Shown here one piece after another: positions 63,909 through 64,000 of a DNA stretch of 64,000 bases (the stretch's first letter is position 1; every line of letters starts with the position of its first letter). Source of the stretch: Saprospiraceae bacterium (GTDB taxonomy: Bacteria > Bacteroidota > Bacteroidia > Chitinophagales > Saprospiraceae); the NCBI GenBank assembly GCA_046160345.1, contig JBJXGO010000027.1:20135-84134 (forward strand). Direction: 5' to 3'. The position numbers were made by a program, and so were the translations under genes. Below the pieces are notes generated by a model that ran no database searches, was not told the origin of the DNA, and worked only from the letters and a program-made list of their open reading frames with translations.

Positions 63909-64000
63909 TGGGCAGTCATGACGTGGAAATCCTGAGATGGGAAGAGCCGGTATATCAGGTCACCATCGGTGATTTTTACATCGGCAAACACCCGCTTATT
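63905..64000 (+). CDS. Start of an FGE-sulfatase/SUMF1-family domain protein (truncated by window end)
   Basis: The ATG overlaps the stop of the upstream gene (ATGA). Translation gives MMGSHDVEILRWEEPVYQVTIGDFYIGKHPLI. The segment ...V.I..FYIGK.P(V/L)(T/I) matches the conserved N-terminal strand of FGE/SUMF1 domains (FYIGKYPVT). Only 32 codons are visible. Confidence 0.45.
   Translation, partial: MMGSHDVEILRWEEPVYQVTIGDFYIGKHPLI

Overview
The window is about 64 kb of chromosomal DNA, apparently from a Bacteroidota genome. Three things support that assignment: many proteins end in T9SS-type C-terminal sorting domains, TAnnTTTG (-7) promoter boxes sit about 25 nt upstream of several start codons, and there are CarboxypepD_reg/TonB-plug and PorV-like outer-membrane proteins. 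No genus-level call is possible without a database search.

The backbone is housekeeping: recJ (partial), two DEAD-box helicases, polA, psuG, pheS, adenine deaminase, greA, trpS, ridA, rpmF-yceD, uvrA, and S41 and S9 peptidases. Four tRNA loci are present: Asn, Val, Pro, and a degenerate Asn-like copy.

Several accessory islets are interspersed:
- a DUF433/DUF5615 toxin-antitoxin-like pair
- a tRNA-Asn locus with a GIY-YIG gene flanked by hairpin-bearing pseudo-tRNA copies
- a heavily decayed SF1 helicase
- a two-gene AAA-ATPase + HNH (Septu-like) defence module
- an outer-membrane trio: TonB-dependent-receptor-like protein, a 1345-aa CTD-bearing protein, and a PorV-like barrel
- a HigB remnant with an intact HigA

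The most interesting locus is a divergent pair made of a free-standing TIR protein and a 1196-aa LRR-Roc-COR-TIR (ROCO-type GTPase) protein. A second notable locus is an island downstream of tRNA-Pro. It encodes a Cys-rich 'TGACC' repeat membrane protein, a beta-helix protein with an inserted triple repeat, and the start of an FGE/SUMF1-like gene.

Three dispersed repeat families are visible: TTGGTNA/ACCAATN heptamer tracts (one is translated inside uvrA), a roughly 49-nt CCGGAACTCCGTTCCGG double palindrome, and about 100-180-nt GC-rich structured repeats preceding tRNA-Val and tRNA-Pro.

All calls come from reading the sequence and the ORF translations. No database search or quantitative composition analysis was possible.
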